A DNA stretch of 64,000 nt from Calditrichia bacterium. GTDB taxonomy: Bacteria; Calditrichota; Calditrichia; RBG-13-44-9; J075. A program made the translations under genes and the position numbers. The DNA lies in assembly GCA_050633245.1 (NCBI GenBank), contig JBOEGD010000020.1, positions 77,438-141,437 on the forward strand, read 5' to 3'. The notes beneath the pieces were generated by a model, which was not told where the DNA came from, made no database searches, and was given only the letters and a program-made list of their open reading frames with translations. This document shows, in pieces, positions 19,166-29,200 of this stretch (positions are counted from its first letter, which is position 1; every line of letters begins with the position of its first letter).

Positions 19166-20062
19166 TTAGCCATTCCCTTTAATATAATAACGTCCATTGG
19201 AAATGATCGCATCTCCGCGAACTTCTATTTCATATACCTGCTGTCCATGCCGACTTTTTACGATGAGCGAGCTGCCAATAATTCGATAGGTGCCTTGGAG
19301 CTTATTATCTGAAAAACCGGATGCGCCCCGTGAAGTGCCGCTATTTGTTACCCGGCCATTTGCAGAGGCATGGGCAGATGAGCTCCAGCGATAATTCCCA
19401 CGTCCATCAAACCATACGGTTTCCTGATAGGAGCGGGCGGTATACCCGCTTCCGGCAATACTCGATGTGGAGCTGCCGTCATAATAAGTCCAGCTTCCGG
19501 CTACCGCCGCCATTAGTTGCTTGTTGTCTTGAGGCGCGGACATTTTTACAGAAGCGAGAATCTTATCGGCTAACGAAATCGTTTTGCTGAAGCGTGCATT
19601 TGCGGCCATTGCAAATACGCCGACAGCCGTTCCTTTCCCGCTGAGCATGCTTGATGAGCGCGCTTTATAAGGTCGGAAAAATTTATCGGATGCGCTATAG
19701 TTTGCAATAAAAGCCTGTTTGCCGTGCAGACGAGCCGTTTTCGGTTGTCCACTGGCGTTGCCGCGAAGCCCATAGGTTTTAAATATGCCCGGGACCAGCT
19801 GATCAATGGCAGAACGGATTTCCGCGGTGGATTCATATAAGCCAACTCCGACGATTATGATCGCCTCGTTACTGCCATCGGAATACGCATGTACATTGCC
19901 TGCTTTGTGGATTAACTGCCAGCCGGCCGGGGCGCTGTAAGTGGCATTCCAGTCTGCAAAAACGGTTTGTGCTGATGTTGTAGATAATAGAAAAATGTTT
20001 GCAAACAGGCATAGGAAAATTATGCCTGGAAGTGTACGCGTATTAAAAATAGTATGTTTCAT
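19166..20062 (-). CDS. Secreted hypothetical protein, possible C-terminal lipocalin-like barrel
   Basis: Signal peptide ending SAQ; VAGSWTY...FDGRGNY...GTYRI pattern. Confidence 0.75.
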   Translation of the reverse strand: MKHTIFNTRTLPGIIFLCLFANIFLLSTTSAQTVFADWNATYSAPAGWQLIHKAGNVHAYSDGSNEAIIIVGVGLYESTAEIRSAIDQLVPGIFKTYGLRGNASGQPKTARLHGKQAFIANYSASDKFFRPYKARSSSMLSGKGTAVGVFAMAANARFSKTISLADKILASVKMSAPQDNKQLMAAVAGSWTYYDGSSTSSIAGSGYTARSYQETVWFDGRGNYRWSSSAHASANGRVTNSGTSRGASGFSDNKLQGTYRIIGSSLIVKSRHGQQVYEIEVRGDAIISNGRYYIKGNG

Positions 20063-20125
20063 GGGGCCCCCTTTAGTGATCGTATTTTGCTTTGAAATGA
20101 TTCAATCGCTTTCAAAATAAACTAC

Positions 20126-20168
20126 AAAAACAACATGGAGGCAGCGTGTGACTCGTTACCTCCATGTT
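20126..20168 (-). terminator. Probable terminator
   Basis: AACATGGAGG/CCTCCATGTT stem with T-run on minus strand. Confidence 0.55.
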
Positions 20169-20186
20169 TGTGGGGGTTGCAGGGGA

Positions 20187-22028
20187 TTACTTCAATAAGG
20201 TCATGCGTTTTGTTGCTTCCTGAGTGCCGTTGCGCAGCTGATAAAAATAGGTACCGCTGGCTACCGGTTCGCCGCTTTGGTGCGTTCCGTTCCAGCGCAG
20301 TGAATAACTGCCGGCCTCTAACCAGCCGTCTGCAAGGGTGCGAACATGATGTCCGGAGACGTCAAAAATGCTCAACTGAACGCTTGCAGCTTCTAATAGG
20401 GAAAAGCGTATGGTGGTTTGTGGATTGAATGGATTTGGAAAATTCTCCTGCAGAACGAAAGTAGTTGGCTGTTCGGCATCAGGAGATTCTATACCAGTTA
20501 CTCCAGATAAATATTCCTGTACGGCAAGGTATTTGGGCGCATTCTGCCAATTGCTTTCCAGATATTCCAGAATGCCCCAGCTACCCCATTTGCTATAACT
20601 TCCGCAGGATGAGAACATTGCGATTAGCCCGCCACCGGCATTATTCCAAGCATTCAGGTACTGTATGTAAATATCTTTCATGCCCGGATGCTTATTTGCA
20701 GACTTGAACAGTTCTTCAATATCTGTATTGTTTTCGACACCTCCTGTACCGACCAGATGCTGTCCGGCTTCATAAGCAATTAATTCCAGATTGCGTGAGG
20801 ATGCTTCACCGAAGTTGGCAAGCATACGATTGTACTGCGAAGAAACATCTACGGCGCAGGAATCCAACAGCTGTTCGACGCTCCACTGTTCAACTTCAGA
20901 CTCGCGAGCTGAGGATCCGAACTGGTTGCCAAAGTAGGGGGCAATTGCCAGCATATCGGCCTGAGACGCAGCGTTATTCCAGTCCAAAATTGTAGAGGCT
21001 GTCCATGGATTTGCGCTCTGCGATGCCAGAACCCGCTGAAAACTTCCCTCGCCATAAATGGTAGTCCAGATCGAAAAGATCTCAATGGTTCTCTGAGAAT
21101 AGTAGCGTAACTGTGCTTCGAACGGGCTTGTACTCAGACCTTCCAGTAGGCCCTTTTGCCGGGCATATTGCGCTTGGGAAAACTGTCCATTCCAGACCTC
21201 ATTTGAGTATTCAACGTAAGGCTTCAGATTTGTCTTGAGGTTATTCTTGACCATGGTTGCGAATTGCTGAACAAAATTGTCGTCTGCCTGATGAGGCATG
21301 CAAAACCAGGGATCGATTTCGAGGCGATTTGCCAGTTCAATCATTATCTCGAGTGAAACACCATGCTCTCCGGCAAATGTAAAGTAGTCTGGTGTTGTGC
21401 GCTCTGTCCAAGAGATGAGTGGAGAATTATTGGTCTCCATCCAATCCATGAAGCGAATCGATTTATAGCCGGCAAACATGTCCAGAAATGGTGGATAAAA
21501 CGGATCGCTTTGATAGCTGCCTTCGAATCCCGGCATTATCACCCGGATATTGCGTAGTGGATTTGCCGGGTTGGTAGCAATTAGCTTAAGATAAATTCCG
21601 CCATTTCCCGGGGTAACGTTTAATACAATGCGTCCGGGAGCGCTATTGACTTCTGCTGCATCAAAACCAAACTGCAAAGTGCCTTCGCCATCGTATAAGC
21701 AAATATATTCGCCTGCCGGATAGTTACCGTTCAAGCCACGGCAGAGCAGTGTTGCAGCGGCTTTTCCTGAATCGAGTTGGGCTATCCAGCCATCGGGAGT
21801 AGATTGAAGCTTATCACCGGTGTTCCAGTTGCCGCCGCTAACGTTCTGTGGTATCCAATTTCGAGCGCTTTTGAATACGTCTACAAAAGGGAGCTGGCTG
21901 GACCAGTCTTTAACTCCACTAATATTCATTCCAATTGGGGCTTGCTGTAGTTGGGCATTTGCTTGTGACGAAAGTCCGATGGTAATGAGAAACAAACAGT
22001 AAATAAGTAGTTTTTTTGAAAATAACAT
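20187..22028 (-). CDS. Secreted putative glycoside hydrolase (clan-A-like) with C-terminal sorting domain
   Basis: Signal peptide; IRFMDW, VEYSNEVWN, AYEAGQH; ENFPNPFNP...YFYQL...KRMTLLK CTD. Confidence 0.8.
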   Translation of the reverse strand: MLFSKKLLIYCLFLITIGLSSQANAQLQQAPIGMNISGVKDWSSQLPFVDVFKSARNWIPQNVSGGNWNTGDKLQSTPDGWIAQLDSGKAAATLLCRGLNGNYPAGEYICLYDGEGTLQFGFDAAEVNSAPGRIVLNVTPGNGGIYLKLIATNPANPLRNIRVIMPGFEGSYQSDPFYPPFLDMFAGYKSIRFMDWMETNNSPLISWTERTTPDYFTFAGEHGVSLEIMIELANRLEIDPWFCMPHQADDNFVQQFATMVKNNLKTNLKPYVEYSNEVWNGQFSQAQYARQKGLLEGLSTSPFEAQLRYYSQRTIEIFSIWTTIYGEGSFQRVLASQSANPWTASTILDWNNAASQADMLAIAPYFGNQFGSSARESEVEQWSVEQLLDSCAVDVSSQYNRMLANFGEASSRNLELIAYEAGQHLVGTGGVENNTDIEELFKSANKHPGMKDIYIQYLNAWNNAGGGLIAMFSSCGSYSKWGSWGILEYLESNWQNAPKYLAVQEYLSGVTGIESPDAEQPTTFVLQENFPNPFNPQTTIRFSLLEAASVQLSIFDVSGHHVRTLADGWLEAGSYSLRWNGTHQSGEPVASGTYFYQLRNGTQEATKRMTLLK

Positions 22029-22086
22029 GACCGTCTCCGTAAGAGCGAAATCGAGGGCAGTTGTTCAGTGAATTTCGATTTACTTT

Positions 22087-22102
22087 TACAAAAAAGGTGC
22101 CA
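22087..22102 (-). promoter_or_regulatory. Sigma-54-like promoter with imperfect -12
   Basis: TGGCACCTTTTTTGTA, GG-N10-GT. Confidence 0.4.
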
Positions 22103-22187
22103 GTTCCTGAATCGCGAGTAAATGCAGAAATATTCATTTTTGGTGAATGAGTATGCGCAGAATGTATACAGGGGCAGACCACTTTGC

Positions 22188-22673
22188 TGTCAGAAGGCAG
22201 AAGGCAGAAAAAATACACTGTTTTCAAAAAAGAGCCTTTTTTAGAGAATAAGAATTTAAAGAATGTGAAAGGAGGCTCGTGTAAAACATAATTACCACAA
22301 CCTCGCGATTTGGAGTCGCTCAAGAAAACTCGTAACCTAAATATACCAGCTAACATCTGCGTTCGCCAAGAATGAGATATATGGATGAGGTAACCAGCTA
22401 GAGCGGACATCCGTTTCCATTCCCTCAAATATTGCAGAAGGATGTGGAAAGAGAGGTGTAAAAGAACTTACGCAGTTTTTAGGAGTTGCGGTTGGTTTAA
22501 CGTGTGAGGTTGAGACCCAGTTACTTATTGCGAGTGACTTAAAATTTTTTAATTCATATCAAATAGAACCACTGGTAAAAGAGCTTAGTGAAATCCGCAG
22601 AATGACTATTCGTTTTGCCAGACGAGTTGGTGAGGTAGAGAGTCTTTAACAAATTATTATCTGACTTCTGACA
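22188..22673. mobile_element. Putative element with terminal inverted heptamer arrays enclosing a four-helix-bundle gene
   Basis: TGTCAGAAGGCAGA (22188-22201) versus TCTGACTTCTGACA (22660-22673), 13/14 inverted match; mobility is inferred. Confidence 0.45.
22281..22649 (+). pseudogene. Four-helix-bundle protein (TIGR02436/23S-IVP family) pseudogene
   Basis: Frame reads KHNYHNLAIWSRSRKLVT*IYQLTSAFAKNEIYG*GNQLERTSVSIPSNIAEGCGK...EVETQLLIA; stops at 22338 (TAA) and 22386 (TGA); GGAGG then GTA instead of a start codon. Confidence 0.88.
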
Positions 22674-22730
22674 TCGAAGTGGTCTGGCTCCTGACAATCC
22701 CGATTTGTCGGGATGATCGGTTTTCTGCTC

Positions 22731-23738
22731 TTAAAACGTTACGCTGTAATTAATCCCAAGATATTCAATGTTGGTTGTGCGGAATTGACCGTGAGGATTC
22801 ACGCCACGATAGTAATTTATATACCACTTTACAGTGCGACCGGCGTTGAAGTAATCGCCGTAAAAGATGCCGAATAGCAGGTTTATGTTGGTGCTGCTGT
22901 TTGGGTTTGTCAGGCTATAGCGATCGCGTAGAAAGGCATCACCTGCAACAACAAAATATTGTGGCGCCAAAAAATAACGCTGTTTTGCCCAGCCCTTCCA
23001 AAAGAGTTCTACACCGCTCTGTAATTCCGGTCCTGAGTTTGTTTTTAGTGCGTCGGCTCTTCCGCGCTTAGAAAAATCTTCATATAAGTTTTCGCCCAGT
23101 AAAAATCGCGTGCCACTGTAGGCTCTCCAGTAGCAAAATTGCCAGCGGTTAAGCGCGTCCGGAGAAAAGTCATCGATTGCGGCAAACAGTTCCAGGGCTT
23201 CGTAGCTGACATTGTATCGGCGAAAGCTTTGCTGCTGGCTTGCTGCCAAAACAAACTCGTCCCCAACATGGCTACTCTCGTGAAAAAGCTGGAGACGCAG
23301 GGCAAGGCGATTACCCAACAAAGGTAACCTGGTGGCTATGCCGCCACCCAATCGAAAATCTGTATTTATGACATCCGATGAAGCGGTATCAAAATCCAGT
23401 AGCAAATGAGCAGAACCAGAAAGGAAAAAGTTTAAACCGGTGCGCTGCATACTGTTTTTATTAGCTGCTGCTGTGAAGGAAAATCCGGCAAAGGGAAAGT
23501 AGCCGCCATAAGCAACGTCCCAAAAGGTATGCGCGCCTGATTTGGTTGAGTTTGAGAAGCGAACAGCATCGTCGCGGTAAAGACGCATATGGCCTTCAGG
23601 AAGACGGATGTCGGCCAACATGGGTTTAAAATATTGCTCATCCTTTAAAACATAAAACGAGCTCTCCTGTGTACGGGCTGTAGTAGTACAGCAGAAAAGG
23701 AAAAGAATAAGTATAAGGCAGATTTTTTTACTGTGCAC
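22731..23738 (-). CDS. DUF1207-like outer-membrane protein
   Basis: Signal peptide; INTDF, FHESSHVGDEF, GVNPHGQF; terminal Phe. Confidence 0.75.
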   Translation of the reverse strand: MHSKKICLILILFLFCCTTTARTQESSFYVLKDEQYFKPMLADIRLPEGHMRLYRDDAVRFSNSTKSGAHTFWDVAYGGYFPFAGFSFTAAANKNSMQRTGLNFFLSGSAHLLLDFDTASSDVINTDFRLGGGIATRLPLLGNRLALRLQLFHESSHVGDEFVLAASQQQSFRRYNVSYEALELFAAIDDFSPDALNRWQFCYWRAYSGTRFLLGENLYEDFSKRGRADALKTNSGPELQSGVELFWKGWAKQRYFLAPQYFVVAGDAFLRDRYSLTNPNSSTNINLLFGIFYGDYFNAGRTVKWYINYYRGVNPHGQFRTTNIEYLGINYSVTF

Positions 23739-23843
23739 CGGCTGCTCCTATAGCGTGTACATACTTTTCATACTATCGTATTTTGCTGAAAATGTATAGA
23801 GAAAAGTAAATGTAAAGCTAAAAATACCGGTAGGATGCGGGGA

Positions 23844-23871
23844 GTAGCAACGCGCCTTCGCGCGTTGCTAC
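23844..23871. repeat. GTAG-type REP-like palindrome
   Basis: GTAGCAACGCGC-CTTC-GCGCGTTGCTAC, 28 nt like the core at 4190-4217. Confidence 0.8.
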
Positions 23872-23902
23872 AGTGCTCGGTTGCGGGGGAGGACTGATGA
23901 TT

Positions 23903-24355
23903 TTATTGCTTTGTCCAATTCTCTCGCGTCCAGAAATTGGTACCGCCGGATGAAATAGAGCTGGTGAATGTAAAATTACTGCCGTTCTCGCTGATGTTCC
24001 AGCGAGACTCGGTTTCCATACCCTTATCCAAAATGAGGGTCTCATCGGCAATTTCCCAGGTGCCGTCACGTGAGTAGCGAGCTTCCGGGCCATAGTCAAA
24101 GGTGGTTGTGAGCGTACCGTCATCGCGAAAATTTCGGTCTCGGTTGTTGTTCTCTCCGCTCATTTCAGTGCCCTGAGGCTCACCATTGGGATCACCGGTG
24201 CCGGTTTCGGTACTATTCCAAACCATGTTCCCGATAACAGAAAACTGAAGGTCTGAGCCTAAGGTATCACTGCTGCAGCCCGAGCTGCTGATAAGTTGGA
24301 AAACGATAAAAGCGAGGGCGATTATCCGAGTAGTGGCTTTTAATGTGTTCAACAT
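23903..24355 (-). CDS. Lipoprotein with lipocalin-like domain
   Basis: AAGGAG RBS, SSGC lipobox, FRDDGT...GTWEI. Confidence 0.75.
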   Translation of the reverse strand: MLNTLKATTRIIALAFIVFQLISSSGCSSDTLGSDLQFSVIGNMVWNSTETGTGDPNGEPQGTEMSGENNNRDRNFRDDGTLTTTFDYGPEARYSRDGTWEIADETLILDKGMETESRWNISENGSNFTFTSSISSGGTNFWTRENWTKQ

Positions 24356-24398
24356 AGAATTCTCCTTGTATTGATGTGAAAATGTCGATAGCTGTTTT

Positions 24399-25367
24399 TT
24401 ACCATTGAAATAGAAAAAGCTTATTTCCGGTATTGTCAATGCGTATAGCTGGTGCCGGAAAATGAAGCGTATTCGCGGCGCTCAGAAGTGTGTTAAGCAA
24501 AGCATGATCCGTGTTTATCGCTTCCAGGTTATAATCAAACCCGATATATAGTTCACGAATTTTGATAGCGTCGTTGGCTTGCGGAAGATCTCTGGCGCCA
24601 TAGCCAACGGCGAGATTCAGCCAGTCCGGCCAATACGGCTTTGCAGCTTGTGGCAGCATCCAATTGACATCGGCGCTTAGCCAATAGGTCATGCCGTCAT
24701 AATCTCCAGATGGATAGGTGTAGGGCGAGTAGTTGATAAACCCCGGCTGCGAATTATCAGTCGCGTTGTAGTAGCGTGATGGCCAGTAGCCAAGCTTGAA
24801 GTTAAAATGTTCAAAAACAGGCACTATGTCCTGAAGAATCGGATACGCTGCACCAAGTACGTTTGCCACGTAGTCCGGAACGCTAAAGCCCCAATCTTCA
24901 AATCCGGCATCGGTTAGTTCAAACGAGGTAAACAGTACCGTGCTATTTATCGCGCCAATCCAAAGTGCTTTTCGTTTTGATACGCCTGCATACTCAAAGC
25001 TGGCGGCAACAGCTTCTGTCGTTAGAATATTGCTGTAGAAGTGGCCAAATTTGTCAACCTCCAGCCAGGTATTGTTCCACCAGTCATACTTTACGCGAAA
25101 TCCGCTTTTCTCACCAGACCACCATGGTTTGATATGCACGACGTATGTTCCAATCATCCATGCGCCGGTGAATCCGGAAACCAAATATAAGCGCTGTTTG
25201 TCGATCTTGGATGAGTGCGCGAGACGACCGGAATTAAAATCCAATTTGTGGTTAGGCAAAAGGAGTGGTGTTGCAGAAGAATCTGCAGGAAACGACTTTT
25301 CGCGAGCAGTTGACGGAATAGCCAACAGGAATACGAAGCTTAATGTTAGCAGACGAAAGTAGAGCAT
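24399..25367 (-). CDS. DUF2279/YfiM-family protein
   Basis: DKFGHFY, WGFSVPD, DYDGMTYWLS, WLNLAVGYG, FPAPA. Confidence 0.85.
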   Translation of the reverse strand: MLYFRLLTLSFVFLLAIPSTAREKSFPADSSATPLLLPNHKLDFNSGRLAHSSKIDKQRLYLVSGFTGAWMIGTYVVHIKPWWSGEKSGFRVKYDWWNNTWLEVDKFGHFYSNILTTEAVAASFEYAGVSKRKALWIGAINSTVLFTSFELTDAGFEDWGFSVPDYVANVLGAAYPILQDIVPVFEHFNFKLGYWPSRYYNATDNSQPGFINYSPYTYPSGDYDGMTYWLSADVNWMLPQAAKPYWPDWLNLAVGYGARDLPQANDAIKIRELYIGFDYNLEAINTDHALLNTLLSAANTLHFPAPAIRIDNTGNKLFLFQW

Positions 25368-25511
25368 CTTTCTCCCTTGGGAATCCGGTTAAGCAGAGGC
25401 AGCCATGCTAGCATGACTGCCCTTGCATGCCTTTTCCTTCCTTGCACTCCCCAGTGCAATGGTCTGCATAAAGCATACTAATAAGATAACGCGGGAAGTG
25501 TGTCTGCGATA

Positions 25512-25550
25512 CTGCATGAATATGGGGGTAAGACCTACATATTAAGGGGG
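25512..25550. promoter_or_regulatory. Tandem degenerate CTACAT-N4-ATGTAG boxes (candidate LuxR-regulator sites)
   Basis: CTGCAT-gaat-ATGGGG and CTACAT-atta-AGGGGG; perfect copy at 26220-26235. Confidence 0.45.
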
Positions 25551-25552
25551 GA

Positions 25553-26182
25553 TTAGATCTCGCCACGTAGCGATTTGGTAATTACTTCTGCCTTGGAATG
25601 CACGTGAAGCTTCTGATAGATGTTTTTGATGTGAAATCGAACGGTCTCGACGGAGATATTCATTCGGGCAGCGATCATCTTATAGCTGAGGCCATCGACC
25701 AGTCCCACTACAATTTCCTGCTCTTTTGGCGTAAGGCGCGTTTTTCTAAGCTTTTTCTTCTGGGGGTTGAAATGGTCGATCACCTTACGAGCAATATGTG
25801 GAGACATGGGGGCTCCACCGGCAAGAAGCGATTCAATCCCGGATTTGATTTCCGGTAGCGGAGTGTTTTTTAGCAGATAGCCCGAGGCGCCGGCAACAAG
25901 GGAGTTGAATATTTTTTGCGAATCATGATAAACGGTTAACATAACAATATCCACCTCAGGATATTGTTTTTTAATGATGCGAATTCCTTCGATTCCGGAC
26001 ATGCCTGGCAAACCAATGTCCATTAGAATGACGTCAGGAAGCGTATTCTCTTTCAGAAATTCGAGGATGCTTTCCACAGACTCAACGCCTGTTTTACAGT
26101 GAAACTTTTCTGAGGAGTCCAGATAGCGTTGAATAACCTGGCGTATTTCCTGATCGTCTTCTACGATGGCAACTGTTATCAT
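25553..26182 (-). CDS. NarL/LuxR-family response regulator
   Basis: VEDD, MDIGLPGMSG, GASGYLLK, TVRFHIKNIYQKLHV. Confidence 0.95.
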   Translation of the reverse strand: MITVAIVEDDQEIRQVIQRYLDSSEKFHCKTGVESVESILEFLKENTLPDVILMDIGLPGMSGIEGIRIIKKQYPEVDIVMLTVYHDSQKIFNSLVAGASGYLLKNTPLPEIKSGIESLLAGGAPMSPHIARKVIDHFNPQKKKLRKTRLTPKEQEIVVGLVDGLSYKMIAARMNISVETVRFHIKNIYQKLHVHSKAEVITKSLRGEI

Positions 26183-26219
26183 AATGTTCCAATATAGGTT
26201 TAAAATGCTTGTTCACATA

Positions 26220-26235
26220 CTACATGATGATGTAG
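26220..26235. promoter_or_regulatory. Palindromic operator candidate
   Basis: CTACAT-GATG-ATGTAG just upstream of the response regulator. Confidence 0.5.
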
Positions 26236-26239
26236 GTTT

Positions 26240-29200
26240 CTATATAAGATTTACGCGTAACGTAATGGTCAATCCACTATTACTTTCCACCTCCAACTCA
26301 CCTCGAATGCGTTTTGCGCGCATTTTCATATTTTGCATACCATGACCACTCCGCCGTACGTTTTCTTGCACGCCAATTCCGTTGTCGTGAATTGCCATTA
26401 GCAGTTTACCTGCTCTTTCTGATAGCGAAATACGAACCGAAGAGGCATCGGAGTGCTTTGCGGTGTTGGTTACCGCCTCTTTAAAAATTAAATAGAGATT
26501 CTGTCGGGTATTCAGCGGCAATTTTCGCTGCATAGGAACGTCACTTACGTCGAAACGATAATCAATGTTTGTTGCAGAAAAGAGGCTGGTTGCATAATCG
26601 CGCATGCGATCGAGCAGGTCTTCCATGGTATCGTTTCGCGCATCAATAGACCAAACGATGTCGCTCATTGTAACTACCAATTCGCGGCTTTTTGAGCCGA
26701 TTAAATCCAAAAGTTGATTGCGTTCTTCTGGGTCTGTACCGCTTCGTATAAGATCTGAATAAAGTGAAATCTTGGTCAGCGTTGCTCCGACATCATCATG
26801 TAAATCGCTGGCGATGCGTACCCGCATGCGCTCCAGTTCCAGTAATTTCATGACGCGATATCGGTATAACATTCCCAAGAGGCCGGCCAACAATAGAAAT
26901 CCCAAAATTCGAAACCACCACGTTTCCCAATATGGAGGGGTTACGAGAATGCGGATAGAAGATGGTGTCGTACTCCAAATACCGTCATTGTTACTACCCT
27001 TCACCAGAAACTCGTAATCGCCAGCAGGAAGGTTGCGGTAGGTTGCCGTTCGATCGTTTCCATTTTCAATCCAATCTTCATCGTATCCTACCATTTTGTA
27101 GGCGTAGTGGTTGACTTTGGAGTTTGTGAAATCAAGTGCAGCAAATTCAAACGAAATCAGTCTGTCATCGTAAGCCAGGCGAATCTCTGATGTGTTATTC
27201 AATGCAAGCCCCGTAAGCTCGGTGCGGCCAACCCGCTTAAACGCTGTAAAAACAGCATGCGGTGGATATGGATTGTCGATGACGACTTCCGGATTGAAGC
27301 GTATTAGTCCATTTTGACTACCAAAAACCAGTTCGCCGGATTCCAGCTTATCCGCAGAGCCCTGAACAAAGTTTACAGTTTGCAAGCCGTCATTGAAGTT
27401 GTAATTTCTAAATGTTTGTGTTTTTGGGTTATAGCAGCAAATGCCATCATCGGTGGCAATCCAAATTTTACCCGCGCTATCCTTTTGGATCGCGGAGATA
27501 TAATTGTCTGGCAGGCCATCGCGAACATAAAAATTTTTAAAAGCTGCATCATTTTCCGACGCGGCTAAATCAAGAATGCTGAGGCCATTAGAGGTGGCAA
27601 TCCAAAGTGTGTTATCAGATTCATAAATGAAGTTTATAGCATTATTGCTGATAGAGCTTTGTTTGAGAGGGTCGTGGGTAAACTGGTGAAGATTTTTATT
27701 CTTTCTGTCAAGTTTGTATAAACCTTCAATCGTACCTATCCAAATATACCCAAACGAATCCTCTGCAATGTGTCCGACGATGGTTTCAATTTTTGGTGCG
27801 TCCTCTGCATCCCAAAGAAGGTGCGTAAAGCGTCCATCTGGCAGTCTTCTCTCCAGTCCGTTGCCTAGTCCAAGCCAGAGTGTACCGCGAGAATCTCCCA
27901 GCATAGATTGAATTCGGGAGTCCGGTTGAACGTCTGGCTCGCGGTATTTGCGCTGTAGGCGCTTGAATTTCTGTGCTTTTTCATCGAATTGAAATAACCC
28001 GCCACCGAAGGTAGAAAGGAAAAGCTCGTCGTTGATGGTGCGTTCGATATCGTTAACGTACCCATCCTGGCTTTTCGGGTTGTTGTGTTTTACTTCGTAG
28101 AACGTGAACCGCCCGTTTTTATCCCAGCGATCTATGCCGCGATTATTTCCAATCCATACATCTCCATTTTTGTCGCCGAAAACAGAGCTTACATAATTAT
28201 GGGAAATGGAATTCTTATCGTATGGGTTAAGCTTGACGTGGTTAAACTTCTGCGGTTTTAGATCGAGATAGTTTACCCCGCGATTGGATAATACCCACAG
28301 GTTCTCGGAACGATCTATCATTAGGCTACGATTTAGATTGTCCGCAAGGCTGGTAGGATTTGTCGCAATGTTTTGATAGCGAGTAAACGTTTCGGTTTGC
28401 GGATTGAAAAAGTTGATACCATCTCCCAAAGTAGCTATCCAGTAGCCGTTTTTGTGTTCAATAATATCATAAACCTTGTTTCCACTAATCGTCGTTGGAT
28501 CGTTCGGAGAATATTTATAATGTTTAAAGGTTTTCGTAGCCGGATTGTATCTGTTCAAGCCGCCACGATAGGTGCCGATCCAAAGAATGCCTTGACTGTC
28601 CTCTTTTAGCATGACCACATAGTTTGAACTCAGGCTATTGGGATCGGATTTATCCTGTTGAAAAACCACAAGCGAATCTGAACCGGCTGGTTTACAGAAA
28701 AACCCTTTACCGATAGTGCCAATCCACAAATTGCCGTGTTTGTCAACTGTTAGGGCGCTTATGCGAATTGCTTTACCGTCTTGCCATTGTGGATTAATCG
28801 GTTTAAAATATCCGAAATCGGGATGTATATCGCGTTTGTCGGCCGTTAGGAAACGAATGCTCGTGGACGTGCCAACCCAAATTGTGCCATCCTTATCCTC
28901 GACGATAGACCAGATGTCGTCTTCGCCGGTCGACTCGCTTTTGTTTTTTCCCAGTCGGATTCGTTCGAAAACTTCGCGTTGGCTGCCCGTTTGTGGATTC
29001 GTTGCAATTTTGAGCCGATTTAATCCGTTGCCGGTTCCGATCCACATGGTCCCATCAGAAGATTGATACAAGCGTCGCACGTGATTGTTGGAAAGAGAAA
29101 GACTGTCTCCGGGGATGTTTTTATAAACCGTAACCGAATATCCGTCATAGCGGTTTAAACCAGACATCGTTCCGATCCAAATATAGCCATCCCGATCCTG

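Noticed and set aside
21919-22428. 169-aa minus-strand ORF
   Set aside because: Shadow frame antisense to the pseudogene and overlapping a real gene start; no protein-like motifs.
22281-22649. DGR (Avd-like gene) or stop-codon recoding
   Set aside because: No reverse transcriptase or TR/VR pair in the window; both TAA and TGA stops plus a lost start indicate ordinary decay.
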